Shown here piece by piece: positions 30,512 to 40,312 of a DNA stretch of 64,000 nt. The stretch covers positions 1,897-65,896 of the forward strand of contig CAWBHQ010000023.1 in the NCBI GenBank assembly GCA_963788755.1, given 5' to 3'. The notes beneath the pieces were generated by a model. The model was not told the origin of the DNA. It saw nothing but the letters and a program-made list of their open reading frames with translations, and did not search any database. The DNA comes from an uncultured Nitrososphaerales archaeon. GTDB taxonomy: Archaea > Thermoproteota > Nitrososphaeria > Nitrososphaerales > Nitrososphaeraceae. Numbering within the stretch: the stretch's first letter is position 1; the number at the start of each line of letters is the position of its first letter. The position numbers and the translations under genes were made by a program.

Positions 30512-30755
30512 AAACTCAGCGTTGCGTTCAGCAATTGATGGCCTACTCTAATAAAGATATCTCCCCATTTCTTACGTCCCTTATTTTGGATTTTAGAAAA
30601 CTATAAGCCACGAATCTAGTTTTTGTCTCAGGAACTAAAAAAACATTCATTGGTATTTCATCTGCATCCCTCTACTGCTATTAGGAAGGCTATTTAAAGC
30701 GGAGACCATATAGTCCACCTAAAGAGAACGGACTCGGCCAATGAAATGCCACTGC

Positions 30756-31268
30756 CTAGACATCACTGTCCTTACTAAATAAAATAGCTTCGGGGTTTAT
30801 GATACATACGGGAGTCCCTTGTATAGCAGAGTCTTCAGATGTGGTTGTTGTAAGTTGCTCTCTCTCAAAAAGATCATCCCTTGAAATGATCCCGATGACA
30901 GATGAATTTGAGCTGACGACGATCTGACGAATAGCATGTTTATCCATTATAGATAATGCCTCCTGAACTGTGGAATCGGGGTCCACTGCTAGTATAGGAC
31001 TAGTCATGATTTCTTCTAGCCGTACCTTTGATGGGTTCTTCCCTTGAGATAATACCTTGTATAGAATATCTGTCTTCGTCACTATTCCAATTGCCTCACC
31101 ACCTCTAGAAAGCAACACACACTTTGTCTGTTTTTCCTTCATCAACCGTATGGCCTTGTCAGCAGAGTCGTTGTAGTCTGCCATTGCTACATTCGAGTCT
31201 GCGAGTTTTCTAGCAGGTGCCATTAGCAATAAGGACATACTCGTTGGTTCTGCTGAGAATTCATTCAT
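30756..31268 (-). CDS. CBS-pair domain protein
   Basis: IGIVTKTDIL, IMTSPIL, IGIISRDDL. Confidence 0.88.
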   Translation of the reverse strand: MNEFSAEPTSMSLLLMAPARKLADSNVAMADYNDSADKAIRLMKEKQTKCVLLSRGGEAIGIVTKTDILYKVLSQGKNPSKVRLEEIMTSPILAVDPDSTVQEALSIMDKHAIRQIVVSSNSSVIGIISRDDLFEREQLTTTTSEDSAIQGTPVCIINPEAILFSKDSDV

Positions 31269-31456
31269 GTTCTAATATAAGAGATCAAATATTTATACTT
31301 GGTGAATGATTTTAGCAACACTGCAGTGATGGTCAAGAGCTAAAATTTTGAAACTTGGAAGGACGGAGAAGAATTCTCGGGTCCAACTATAGTTTTGAGA
31401 TATTCTGATTTGGGGATTTTGCGCACTCCAATGAAGAAGCATATCGCACTGTTTGG

Positions 31457-33244
31457 CTAACTCTTAGCTAAACTTTCCTCATGAATCACGGTCTCAGATT
31501 TACGGTACCCAATTTCGTCGACCGCTGGAAGATACTGTCGCAGCTCGGTATTAGAATATGTTTCAACCCATCTAAATTTACGTTGCAAGGTCGCCGTAAA
31601 GAGCCTTTTCCAATCAAGACCTACGTAGTTCATCCATGATTTCAAGACCCTTGGGTCTATATAATTTCTAAGTGAAGTCCCGAGGTTATAATCACGAGTT
31701 TCCTTTTGCAGTCGCAACGTTAGTTGGACCTTTTCCAACCTGTCCATCATTCTCTTCTTTTGTAATTCAGTCTTCCATTTATGAGAGGCTATATCGTTCT
31801 CAATTTTTCGAATAACCTCTTTTTTCTTTTCCACCGAATTTTGAAACCTCTCAAGGGCTTGCTTGCTAGCAGGGTTATTAGTATCTATTCCTTTTTTATG
31901 GTTACAGGTAATAGCCGCCACAAGATTCGCCTTTTTGGCTACATATATTTTTTCCATTTCCGATGACTCCTTGTTTACCTCGATCGGAGGACGGGCGAGA
32001 CTTTCTTTAACAATTTGGGTCGCTATGAAGGTTCGGAAAACCTTAGCTGTCAAACCGGGAACTTTGTTTTTATCAATGGTTCTAAGAAATGAATTTACCT
32101 TCGCAGAAGTGATCCCATCGAAAATCTGTTCGTTAGGTTGCTTGTCCTTCATAAATAATTCTATGTTCATATGTAGTGCTTCTGTATCTTTTGTGTTCAC
32201 TTCCAAGCTTTTTTGCCACGGGACGCTGTCTTTTCCTAGAAAATTGAATTCTATACTTTTTACCCCTTGATGAACTGGAAATCGGATATGCTCCACCCGC
32301 AACGTCGACGCGCCTACAGTGTCCGCCTCGTCAGGATCTTTTTCATCTCCAACTCTCATAGCGAGCTTACTAATCAAGTAGCAGACAGTTGATATTTTCT
32401 TCTGGCTCAAATCTTTCGAATTAATCATCTTGCTCACTATCCTTTCGTGCACTCTGTCAATATACTTCCCAAGGACATCAGCTCTATCGTATTTTTCCTT
32501 ATCACTGTTCTGACGTAGCGTGGATGAATCATGAAGCCACATGTACTTTCTTTTGCCAGTCAGTTTCTCCAACCATGTCGCCAGCCATGTGGAGGTATGA
32601 TCATTAACAATTGCCTTCCAGTTCCCTTCAGGGACCTCAGCGTTTTCTCCCAGGTTTAAAATTACATCTTGCGGCTGTACCCTGGGTTTCCATCGGCCTC
32701 GCAGAGGATGTTGTCCTCTTCCCATGAATAGGCCTGGAGGTTCCACCAGCCAATTCGCTATTTCAACAGTCACACCATCAACAGTTGCCAAACCATAAAC
32801 TGATCGAAGTTGTTCTCGCTCAATTTTCTTGGATTGGGATATACGCCTTCTTTCATCTCGAGGCAGATTTCTAAATCGCTCTTTCTCTTCTCCCTTCAAT
32901 CTATTTTCTTCGTCTACAAGTCGGTAAGCATTCGACAGATCCAATTCCGAGATCTTACTGACGGATCTGAACTTAGTAGGAAGGACTCTTCTAAGATCAA
33001 TAATGAAATTTGATTCGAATAGCGTATCCTTGACGTAATGAGTATCCTTCTTTCTGGACCAGGCATATATCAATTCTTCTTGGTCAGCATTTAACAGATA
33101 CGGTTCTCCGAGAATGCCAATAGTGATGCCCCTCGGTCTATATTCTGGAGGAAATGCAATTCCATTGTGTTGCAATGTTTGCCATTTAAGGCGGGTCAAG
33201 TTGAATTGCGTCTCCATCTGTTTTCCTAAAGGTTTCTGTATCAC
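31457..33244 (-). CDS. topIB: DNA topoisomerase IB (eukaryote-like)
   Basis: KWQTLQHNG, EPPGLFMGRGQHP, MRVGDEKD, FLGKDS, AKVFRT, CNH, LGTSLRNYIDPR (catalytic Tyr). Confidence 0.96.
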   Translation of the reverse strand: MIQKPLGKQMETQFNLTRLKWQTLQHNGIAFPPEYRPRGITIGILGEPYLLNADQEELIYAWSRKKDTHYVKDTLFESNFIIDLRRVLPTKFRSVSKISELDLSNAYRLVDEENRLKGEEKERFRNLPRDERRRISQSKKIEREQLRSVYGLATVDGVTVEIANWLVEPPGLFMGRGQHPLRGRWKPRVQPQDVILNLGENAEVPEGNWKAIVNDHTSTWLATWLEKLTGKRKYMWLHDSSTLRQNSDKEKYDRADVLGKYIDRVHERIVSKMINSKDLSQKKISTVCYLISKLAMRVGDEKDPDEADTVGASTLRVEHIRFPVHQGVKSIEFNFLGKDSVPWQKSLEVNTKDTEALHMNIELFMKDKQPNEQIFDGITSAKVNSFLRTIDKNKVPGLTAKVFRTFIATQIVKESLARPPIEVNKESSEMEKIYVAKKANLVAAITCNHKKGIDTNNPASKQALERFQNSVEKKKEVIRKIENDIASHKWKTELQKKRMMDRLEKVQLTLRLQKETRDYNLGTSLRNYIDPRVLKSWMNYVGLDWKRLFTATLQRKFRWVETYSNTELRQYLPAVDEIGYRKSETVIHEESLAKS

Positions 33245-33379
33245 TCTTAAACGTTACCGATCCTAGTCAAAACAAAAGCCAATTTAAGCATCTCTAGATT
33301 GATTCGTGGCACTCTTTAAAAGAAGGTTGATAGAGATTAACAGTTAAATTAAAGTATAATCACAGCCAACGATTGGATA

Positions 33380-33625
33380 ATGCCAAGAGCTTTTGTATTG
33401 CTGAATGCAGAATTAGGATATGAAGGTTCGTTGGCCGAGGAGATGAAAAAACTACCTGGAGTTAAAGAGGCCTACGCGATCTATGGAGTGTATGATATCA
33501 TGCTAAAGGTAGAGGCGGATTCAATGGAAGGTTTAAAGGACTTTATTAGCTTGAAAATCAGAAGGATGAATGGAGTTAAATCTACTCTGACAATGCTGAT
33601 TATGGAAAAAGCAAGCCTTACCTAA
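33380..33625 (+). CDS. Lrp/AsnC ligand-binding (RAM) domain protein
   Basis: AFVLLNAE, YGVYDI, KIRRMNGVKSTLT. Confidence 0.9.
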   Translation: MPRAFVLLNAELGYEGSLAEEMKKLPGVKEAYAIYGVYDIMLKVEADSMEGLKDFISLKIRRMNGVKSTLTMLIMEKASLT

Positions 33626-34883
33626 TTGTGATGCCGTAAGGAATGTTTGTACCTATACTTGTCAAGCTTAATAGCTCTCTATAGGATCCAAAATCATTGG
33701 CGTTTACTTGATCAAGCTCGGTCTGGCAATTCTCTTCGGCTCCCGAATTTATCTGTAATATGCCATACAATGTATTGCGCTGAGCAGGGATCCGGCCTAA
33801 TCCCTTGATTTGGGTTCTTATCTCCCGAGGTCTCATGATTTGACCATGAACTGAACCAGCTGACGTGGAGATACTTTCATTGATAAGTGTACCACCAAAA
33901 TCGTTTGCCCCAGCGCATAAAAGAAATTGAGACATTTTCGCACCTTCTTTTACCCACGACACTTGTATATTCTTCATATAGTTATTAAGCATCAACCTAG
34001 AAACGGAGTACATTTTTACAATATCTGTTGCCCCGGCTCCTGCCTCACGCATGTTCTTCAAATTACTACGGCTGTGCATAGGGGCTTCCTGATATACGAA
34101 GCTAAGAGGGACGAACTCTGTAAAGCCACCAGTTTCCTTCTGGATCTTACGGAGTATGTCGATATGGTTGGCCTTGTGGAAATTGGACTCGATATGTCCG
34201 TACATGATAGTTGAGGTAGTAGGAATGTCTAAACTATGGGCTGTCTTTATGACATTAATCCAATCATTAACAGATATCCGACCTGGAGATATTTGGTCTC
34301 TAACTTCTTGATCCAGTATCTCTGCTGATGTTCCAGGCAGACTTCCTACACCTGATTCTTTGAGCCATGATAAGAAATCTCTAACACTATTGTTACTCAT
34401 TCTGGCTCCGTATAATACTTCTTCAGGGGAAAACCCATGAATGTGGATATCCGGTAATTCACGTTTAATCGCTTTACATATATCTGGATATAGGGAACCC
34501 TCCATATTTGGGGCTAGACCTGCCTGGATGCAAATCTCAGTGGCACCCAACCGATGGGCTTCTACAGCTCGTCGAACAACTTCCTTGATAGGCAAGAAAT
34601 AACCCTCTTCCTGTCTGAAATCACGGCTAAATGCGCAAAAACCACACCGCTTTACACATACATTAGTGAAGTTCACGTTTCTGTTGATGACATACGTTAC
34701 AACGTTTCCACATGCTCTTCTTCGCAACTCGTCTCCAACAGAGGTCAATAGGTTCATTTCGATCCCACTAGTTTCGAACAACCCTACCGCTTGGTCAACA
34801 GATATTTCCTTCTCATCAATTGCTAAATTCAACGCCTCGGAAATAAGAGGATCAACCGTCTTGAGGAGGCTTTCTATATTCAA
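33622..34883 (-). CDS. cofH: FO synthase subunit 2 CofH (F420 biosynthesis)
   Basis: NRNVNFTNVCVKRCGFCAF, PGTSAEIL, TSTIMYGH, QVSWVKEG, DFGGTL. The C-terminus likely reads ELIKLDKYRYK (stop 33622) after restoring one base near 33671. Confidence 0.93.
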
Positions 34884-36151
34884 ATCAGGTAAGACTCCTT
34901 TACTAAACCCTCGTCGTCTGAGAGTGCTTCAATTGAAGAACGAACATGGTGAGATATATAAGACCGACCATTATTCAAAAATTCTGGATATACAGGTAAT
35001 CTGGCCTTTAGTTGAAATCCTTTTCCCGATGACACCCAATTTACGTGTTCTATAGGGGGCCAAGGGTGTTCTGGATTGACGTAATCAATGGTAACAGGCG
35101 ATATTCCACCCCAGTCATTAATGCCCACTCCAATATAGTCTTCTAGAGATTCGTTAAGATTTGGCGGTACTTGAATGTTCATATTGGGCATCAAAATCCT
35201 GGCTATCGCTACTGCTCTCATGAAATATTCCTTAGACGGACCTGGATGATCAGACATTGGTGTTCCATCCTTCGGTGAAAAGTTTTGCATAATTACCTCC
35301 TGTATGTGTCCAAAAGACGCATGTAACGATTTAATAAGAAGCAACGATTCTACGATTTCCTCAGGCGTCTCCCCAATTCCTATCAGTAGTCCCGTCGTTG
35401 TTGGGATATTTAGCTCACCACATGTACTCAGGGATTTTAATCTTGTCTTAGGATGTTTGCTTGGTGCCCTCTCGTGAGGCATTCCTCGACTTGATAGTCT
35501 AATACTTGAAGTTTCTAACATCAATCCCATGCTAGCATTGCTTTCTCTCAAAGCGAGTAATTCTTGTTTGGAGAGGCTCCCAGCATTCGTGTGAGGCAGT
35601 AATCCTGTTTTCTTGATAATCATTTCACATATTTCACCGATATACTCAGACAAGGTAGAGAACCCCATTCTTTGAAGCCAATCTCGTACCTCTTGGTATC
35701 GAACTTCAGGTCTTTCCCCTGTAACGATTAATGCCTCAGTACATTTCAGTCGTTTTGCAACCTCCACTATAGCCAGAACTTTTTCGGGGTCGAGCATTGA
35801 AATCGTTGTGTCTCCAGGTTCTTTTTTGTAGGTGCAGTAAGTACATTTATCGCGACACAAATTTACGAGATTTACAAAGACCTTTCTAGAATAGGTCAAG
35901 ATTGAGGGTTTAAATTTATTGCGCAAATATGAAGAACAATCAATTAGCTGTTCTAACCTAGCATCGTAGAATAACGAAAGAGCCTGCTCGCCACTAATAC
36001 GACAAGAAGAATGCTTTACTTCATCCAATATCCTGGATACATGCCCCAGATCGCTATCACATCGCATCAATGCATCGTTATCTGTTACACCTTGACTAAT
36101 AAACACTATTCTTACCTCCGTTTTACACGTATGTTCTTCCTTTCCAAGCAA
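34880..36151 (-). CDS. cofG: FO synthase subunit 1 CofG
   Basis: TYSRKVFVNLVNLCRDKCTYC, LPHTNAG, NASMGLMLE, QVPPNL, DWGGISPVTIDYVNPE; true start probably downstream of 36151. Confidence 0.93.
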   Translation of the reverse strand: MLGKEEHTCKTEVRIVFISQGVTDNDALMRCDSDLGHVSRILDEVKHSSCRISGEQALSLFYDARLEQLIDCSSYLRNKFKPSILTYSRKVFVNLVNLCRDKCTYCTYKKEPGDTTISMLDPEKVLAIVEVAKRLKCTEALIVTGERPEVRYQEVRDWLQRMGFSTLSEYIGEICEMIIKKTGLLPHTNAGSLSKQELLALRESNASMGLMLETSSIRLSSRGMPHERAPSKHPKTRLKSLSTCGELNIPTTTGLLIGIGETPEEIVESLLLIKSLHASFGHIQEVIMQNFSPKDGTPMSDHPGPSKEYFMRAVAIARILMPNMNIQVPPNLNESLEDYIGVGINDWGGISPVTIDYVNPEHPWPPIEHVNWVSSGKGFQLKARLPVYPEFLNNGRSYISHHVRSSIEALSDDEGLVKESYLI

Positions 36152-37319
36152 ATGACTGATGCTTATGGGCTCTAATCAGGGAAATAAAAAAGGACAATGT
36201 TATGACAGTTGCCCCTATCGCCGACCCTAGGGCTAATTTTTTACTGGTTTTAATCGATTGAGACAGGATGAGCACAGTTGTTATTATCATGATGCACAAA
36301 GTAACCAGCGCAGAGCATGCAAGAAATATGCCTAGTAAACTGGTTTCTACCCGGTATGCAAAATAGATTGCTCCGGGTAGGGCGATGAACGGAAATAACA
36401 TTAGGAAGGCAATTGCAATCACCATCGGAACTGTCTTCTTACCTTGTTCTCTGTGCATAGGAACCAAGAGTCGCAAAAGACCATTCCATAATCCTCGTCG
36501 GTCCCTCGCCCACAAAGCATCAACGCAGTTTTCTCCTCTAAACATTCTCATCCTTATTCCTCTTTTTTTTACGAGTGACCCAATTGCACCATCTTCAACT
36601 ATTTCCGAGCGCACTTCCCTGTGAGTCCCAATGGATTCATAGTGGCCTCGCACAATAGCAAAGAAACTTCCAAAAAAATACCCCAACTTGTTTGCAGAAT
36701 CATTTACTTTCAGAGGAGAAAACTTGGTTTGTAAGAAGACTGAGAGCAGAGGTAATGTGACGCTAGTTAGAAAATCATCAGACATCAGCTTTGGAATTGC
36801 CGTAATCGCGGATAGGTTCTCTTGCAGAATATGGTTCACCGCTAGGGTAACAGTCTGTTCTGAGTGAACAGTATCTGCATCCGTAAAGATAAGAATATTT
36901 CCCGTCGAATTATTATAGCCAATAAAGCAGGCCCAATTTTTCCCCACCCAGCCACTTGGCCTCTCCCCAGCCTCGAATACACGAATTCTTTGGTCTAATG
37001 ATGCTACTGACTTCATGGTCATTAGTGTACTATCTGTCGAGCCGTCATCTATTGATATTATCTCAAGATTGTGATAATCCTGAGCGAGAAGGCTTTGTAG
37101 GCACCTGCCTATGTATTTCTCTTCATTCAATGCAGGTACAATAACGCTGACTCGAGGTACAAGATCAAGATTTGATTTTGTTATGTCTTCAAGTTTCGGC
37201 GAATATTTCAATGATCTCAAGCAATGTACTATCAACCACACCCAAGTGAGCAGGACGCCGAACATGATAACACATAATACACAAAGAGCTATCGATTCAA
37301 TGGTCTGCATATTTACCAA
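36123..37319 (-). CDS. Membrane GT2 glycosyltransferase (HpnB/CrtQ-like)
   Basis: VSVIVPALNEE, DDGSTD, GWVGKNWAC, FTDAD, IVED, TM helices, WKGR. Confidence 0.88.
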   Translation of the reverse strand: MVNMQTIESIALCVLCVIMFGVLLTWVWLIVHCLRSLKYSPKLEDITKSNLDLVPRVSVIVPALNEEKYIGRCLQSLLAQDYHNLEIISIDDGSTDSTLMTMKSVASLDQRIRVFEAGERPSGWVGKNWACFIGYNNSTGNILIFTDADTVHSEQTVTLAVNHILQENLSAITAIPKLMSDDFLTSVTLPLLSVFLQTKFSPLKVNDSANKLGYFFGSFFAIVRGHYESIGTHREVRSEIVEDGAIGSLVKKRGIRMRMFRGENCVDALWARDRRGLWNGLLRLLVPMHREQGKKTVPMVIAIAFLMLFPFIALPGAIYFAYRVETSLLGIFLACSALVTLCIMIITTVLILSQSIKTSKKLALGSAIGATVITLSFFISLIRAHKHQSFAWKGRTYV

Positions 37320-37385
37320 TATCTCGAGTTTTGATCATAGACTAACTTCTTTCGAATAAATTCGCAGTGTGCATGAATTCAAAAA

Positions 37386-37556
37386 TTATACCAATTCAAC
37401 TGAGCTTCGAATGTTTTCCTTTTGTCCTATCTTTAGAATTCTATAATGCAAATAGATCAGATTCATATACTTACCTGTAACCTGCATGTGGATAGAGCTG
37501 GGAGTTATGACTTGCATCAAATTGAAAGAATCATATTCATGCCGTCTTTTGAACAT
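37386..37556 (-). CDS. Possible 56-aa peptide directly downstream of tfuA
   Basis: ATG 2 nt after the tfuA stop; MFKRRHEYDSFNLMQVITPSSIHMQVTGKYMNLIYLHYRILKIGQKENIRSSVELV*; no recognised family. Confidence 0.3.
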   Translation of the reverse strand: MFKRRHEYDSFNLMQVITPSSIHMQVTGKYMNLIYLHYRILKIGQKENIRSSVELV

Positions 37557-37558
37557 TT

Positions 37559-38218
37559 CTAAATCATATCCCTGATATACTTAATAAGTTTCAAAGCATC
37601 CCTCTCTTTTAGACTCTTTCTATTTCTAAGGATATAGGCTTCGAAACGCCTTGCTTTATCATCCAACTGAGGATATTGCCTGATGGTTTCTTCAATGATA
37701 TTTTGGTATGTACGAAATGGAAAATAGATATCCTTGGAGACCTTAGCGAGAGCGTTTTTGGTTTCACTATCGATAAGCCCTTTCTTTAGTGATAGGTATA
37801 AGTTATACCGAATATCTATCATTGCTTCAGATTGAAGGTGGTACAAATCGGGAGAAAAGGTTACTGCTACTTCGTCGTCCGCGTCTAGTCTACCATGCTT
37901 GAATAATTGAAATATTTTTCCCACGCCAATCATCCCGAATTTTTCTAATTCAACGGCTCGCAGAGCCCCTATGCTTGATGAACCTATTACTATAGTATTG
38001 TGTCTTACAACCAACTGATAAACTTCAATAGGTGTAGGCGGGTAGTCAAGTAAGAAATATCCATCAATTAAGCCGACCACAGTCTCATTATCATCTAGTG
38101 ACATATTCAATCTGATCAAATCCCCTTTCTTCGCAGGAGGTCTATAGTCGGCTTCCAAAACCCTTCGTGCCTTTTCTGTATCTAAACTAGGACCAACAAA
38201 AATAACTACGTTTTTCAT
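37559..38218 (-). CDS. tfuA: TfuA-like protein
   Basis: IFVGPSL, PPAKKGDL, GLIDGYF, GSSSIGALRAVEL, GMIGVGKIF, DDEVAV, SEAMIDIR, YFPFRTY, LKERDA; ATGA overlap with the ycaO stop. Confidence 0.95.
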   Translation of the reverse strand: MKNVVIFVGPSLDTEKARRVLEADYRPPAKKGDLIRLNMSLDDNETVVGLIDGYFLLDYPPTPIEVYQLVVRHNTIVIGSSSIGALRAVELEKFGMIGVGKIFQLFKHGRLDADDEVAVTFSPDLYHLQSEAMIDIRYNLYLSLKKGLIDSETKNALAKVSKDIYFPFRTYQNIIEETIRQYPQLDDKARRFEAYILRNRKSLKERDALKLIKYIRDMI

Positions 38219-39522
38219 ATCTTGAAATAATTCCTGGCCCTTTGACCTATAACTGATTTTGTGAACTTGAATGTTTCCAAACCAGGTACGATGGCCCGTA
38301 CTACCGGAATTCCTATCCACGGGATTGTTAAATCTACCATAATTGCTCTAGTTAGTCCCACCGCTTTAAGATGATTAAGGATTAACTTTATATCATCTAG
38401 TATGTTTTCATTATAGTAGCTCTTAATCTCGGAGAGACGAACCTTTCGATCAGAATTCATGAATTGCCACGATCTCTTGTCCTCTGAATTTTCGCCCATA
38501 TAATTAATTTTGCGAAGGTCGTCTCGAGCACCTTGAATGTTGGCCGCTCGAGTCTGTGCAAGTTCTGTGATTGCCCTTACCAGTGCAATCCTGGCATCCG
38601 GATGTGTTCCCGTTCCTTCAGCAAGGTAACCGTAATTCTGAGTCAGCCATTCAACGCTTGCAGCATTGAATGTTGGTATTCCCACATCACTGGTAATCTC
38701 TTTGACCATCAAGGAAATATTCGCAGACTTAAATCTATTCACTAAATTTCTTACCGGTTCATAGATAGCGCCCTCTAGATCGAGCATTGGAAACAAATTT
38801 GGTTCATCAACCATATCATGCGAAAGGATTTCATTTATTTCGTACCCGCTCTCTTTAAACTTGTTCGTGAGGATCTTTATAAGATGAAATGGAAAGGCGC
38901 TCGACCGTAAGTCAGCCAAACTTGATGCATCTCGCTCAACGACTTCGCACAAAGCGTGACATATCGCTTCCTCCAAAACATTTCCTGATGCCAGTCCGTT
39001 TGTGTGGGAGAATGAGAACGGATTGACAGCCCTCCCGCCCTGAGCGTACCTAAACAAGGCCAAAGCGGCGGGTACGAGAATTTGCTCATGAGAAACTAGA
39101 TCAAAGCCCTGAACATAATCCATTATCATATCATTCTTATACTGAACCGAAAGTGGTTCACAGATATCATCTGGACTTAGTACGTTATACCTTTTTGATA
39201 GCTCGAAATATGATTCTCTGATGAATGGACGTTCGTAGCTGCTGGGCAGAGAGGAATATCGCTCTACAGCTTCCATAAGCCCGCTTGTCCTGGCCTGTTT
39301 CATGGTAAAACCCTTTCCGCTATAGACCCAAATATAATCCTCTGTACCGGGCAGAACAACTGAATAATTAGGAATGCCGAGTCTGTCAAGATAGGTAATG
39401 TTGCCGATACGTGTCACTCCAATCTTGGCCGCGATTGACTCGACTGCGAGAAGGGTCTTTTCTGGTGGTTGGATTCTACTTGTGCCTTTATTCGACCATT
39501 TAAACCGGTCAACGAGTCGCAA
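38215..39522 (-). CDS. ycaO: YcaO-family protein (TfuA-associated, thioamide-forming type)
   Basis: GVTRIGNITYLDRLGIP, SGKG, MEAVERYS, TNGLASGNVLEEAI..EVVERD, RAITELAQTR, GAR(D)D, PVVRAIVPGLE; no C-terminal PxP. Confidence 0.95.
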   Translation of the reverse strand: MRLVDRFKWSNKGTSRIQPPEKTLLAVESIAAKIGVTRIGNITYLDRLGIPNYSVVLPGTEDYIWVYSGKGFTMKQARTSGLMEAVERYSSLPSSYERPFIRESYFELSKRYNVLSPDDICEPLSVQYKNDMIMDYVQGFDLVSHEQILVPAALALFRYAQGGRAVNPFSFSHTNGLASGNVLEEAICHALCEVVERDASSLADLRSSAFPFHLIKILTNKFKESGYEINEILSHDMVDEPNLFPMLDLEGAIYEPVRNLVNRFKSANISLMVKEITSDVGIPTFNAASVEWLTQNYGYLAEGTGTHPDARIALVRAITELAQTRAANIQGARDDLRKINYMGENSEDKRSWQFMNSDRKVRLSEIKSYYNENILDDIKLILNHLKAVGLTRAIMVDLTIPWIGIPVVRAIVPGLETFKFTKSVIGQRARNYFKI

Positions 39523-39620
39523 TAAGTATCCGGAATCAAATTTTCACAATAATAATGTTCTTGTGGTAAAGTGTAGGTAGAAAACTACAAATTAAGATAC
39601 CATACATAGCAGGATCCTGG

Positions 39621-39795
39621 TTGGAAATTAGAGACGGGGATACAAAAATAGTTAGCGACATTCTTCTTAGGGCAGCAAGCGAACCAAATTTCAGAAGACT
39701 CTTGCTTTTAGAACCGTCCAAGGTCCTCAGCTGAGTATGACATTTCTTCTGAAGCAAAATCCATTATTAAAAATGTTGTCGATGAATTTAGGTAA
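39621..39795 (+). CDS. NHLP/Os1348-clan leader-like peptide, 57 aa, masked by a 1-nt insertion
   Basis: Manual: MEIRDGDTKIVSDILLRAASEPNFRRLLLLEPSKVL|AEYDISSEAKSIIKNVVDEFR* after removing one base at 39728/39729; divergent from ycaO; AT-rich TATA-like box at ~39589-39596. Confidence 0.7.
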
Positions 39796-40312
39796 ATCTA
39801 AGAATTAACAAAATGTCCCCCGCCTCTGACCCACTACTATTCATTGGTAGCCTGTTACACTCATGTGTATTCCCTCCTAGCGTACTCTCTAACGGGGATA
39901 ACAAGGGAGATTCTAGACGTATATATTTGAATAATACTAATGTCTAACCGACGAGTCACATTATTCTGCATAACATAATATTTCAAAAGTCCAAGATCAA
40001 GGCTAGACCTATCATCTATGATTACACATATAGTCATATGATCGTGAAGTAAGTATTCAGCAGCTTCCACGGTTTAATAGGTGGCCACAATACCATTTCT
40101 TACCTTTGTCAGATTACAGACTCAATCAACCAAGTTGGTTGAAAATTCCCATGATTTTGAACGCAGATGTGAAAAAACTAGGCGACTAAAATTTGCGCAA
40201 GTGCAGTAATCCTTTCAGATCTTTGATTTTGCAACAAGATTTAAACCATCTATCAATTGACTATGAGGTACTCACTCAATCATACTCGTTGTTCTCATTG
40301 TTAACGGTCTTC

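Noticed and set aside
31457-33244. Eukaryote-like topoisomerase IB as a novelty
   Set aside because: It is an established hallmark of Thaumarchaeota.
39536-40070. ORF-track ORFs 39536-39757 and 39861-40070 (minus strand) as RiPP precursors
   Set aside because: No leader or core features; the first is the antisense shadow of the better-supported NHLP-like ORF.
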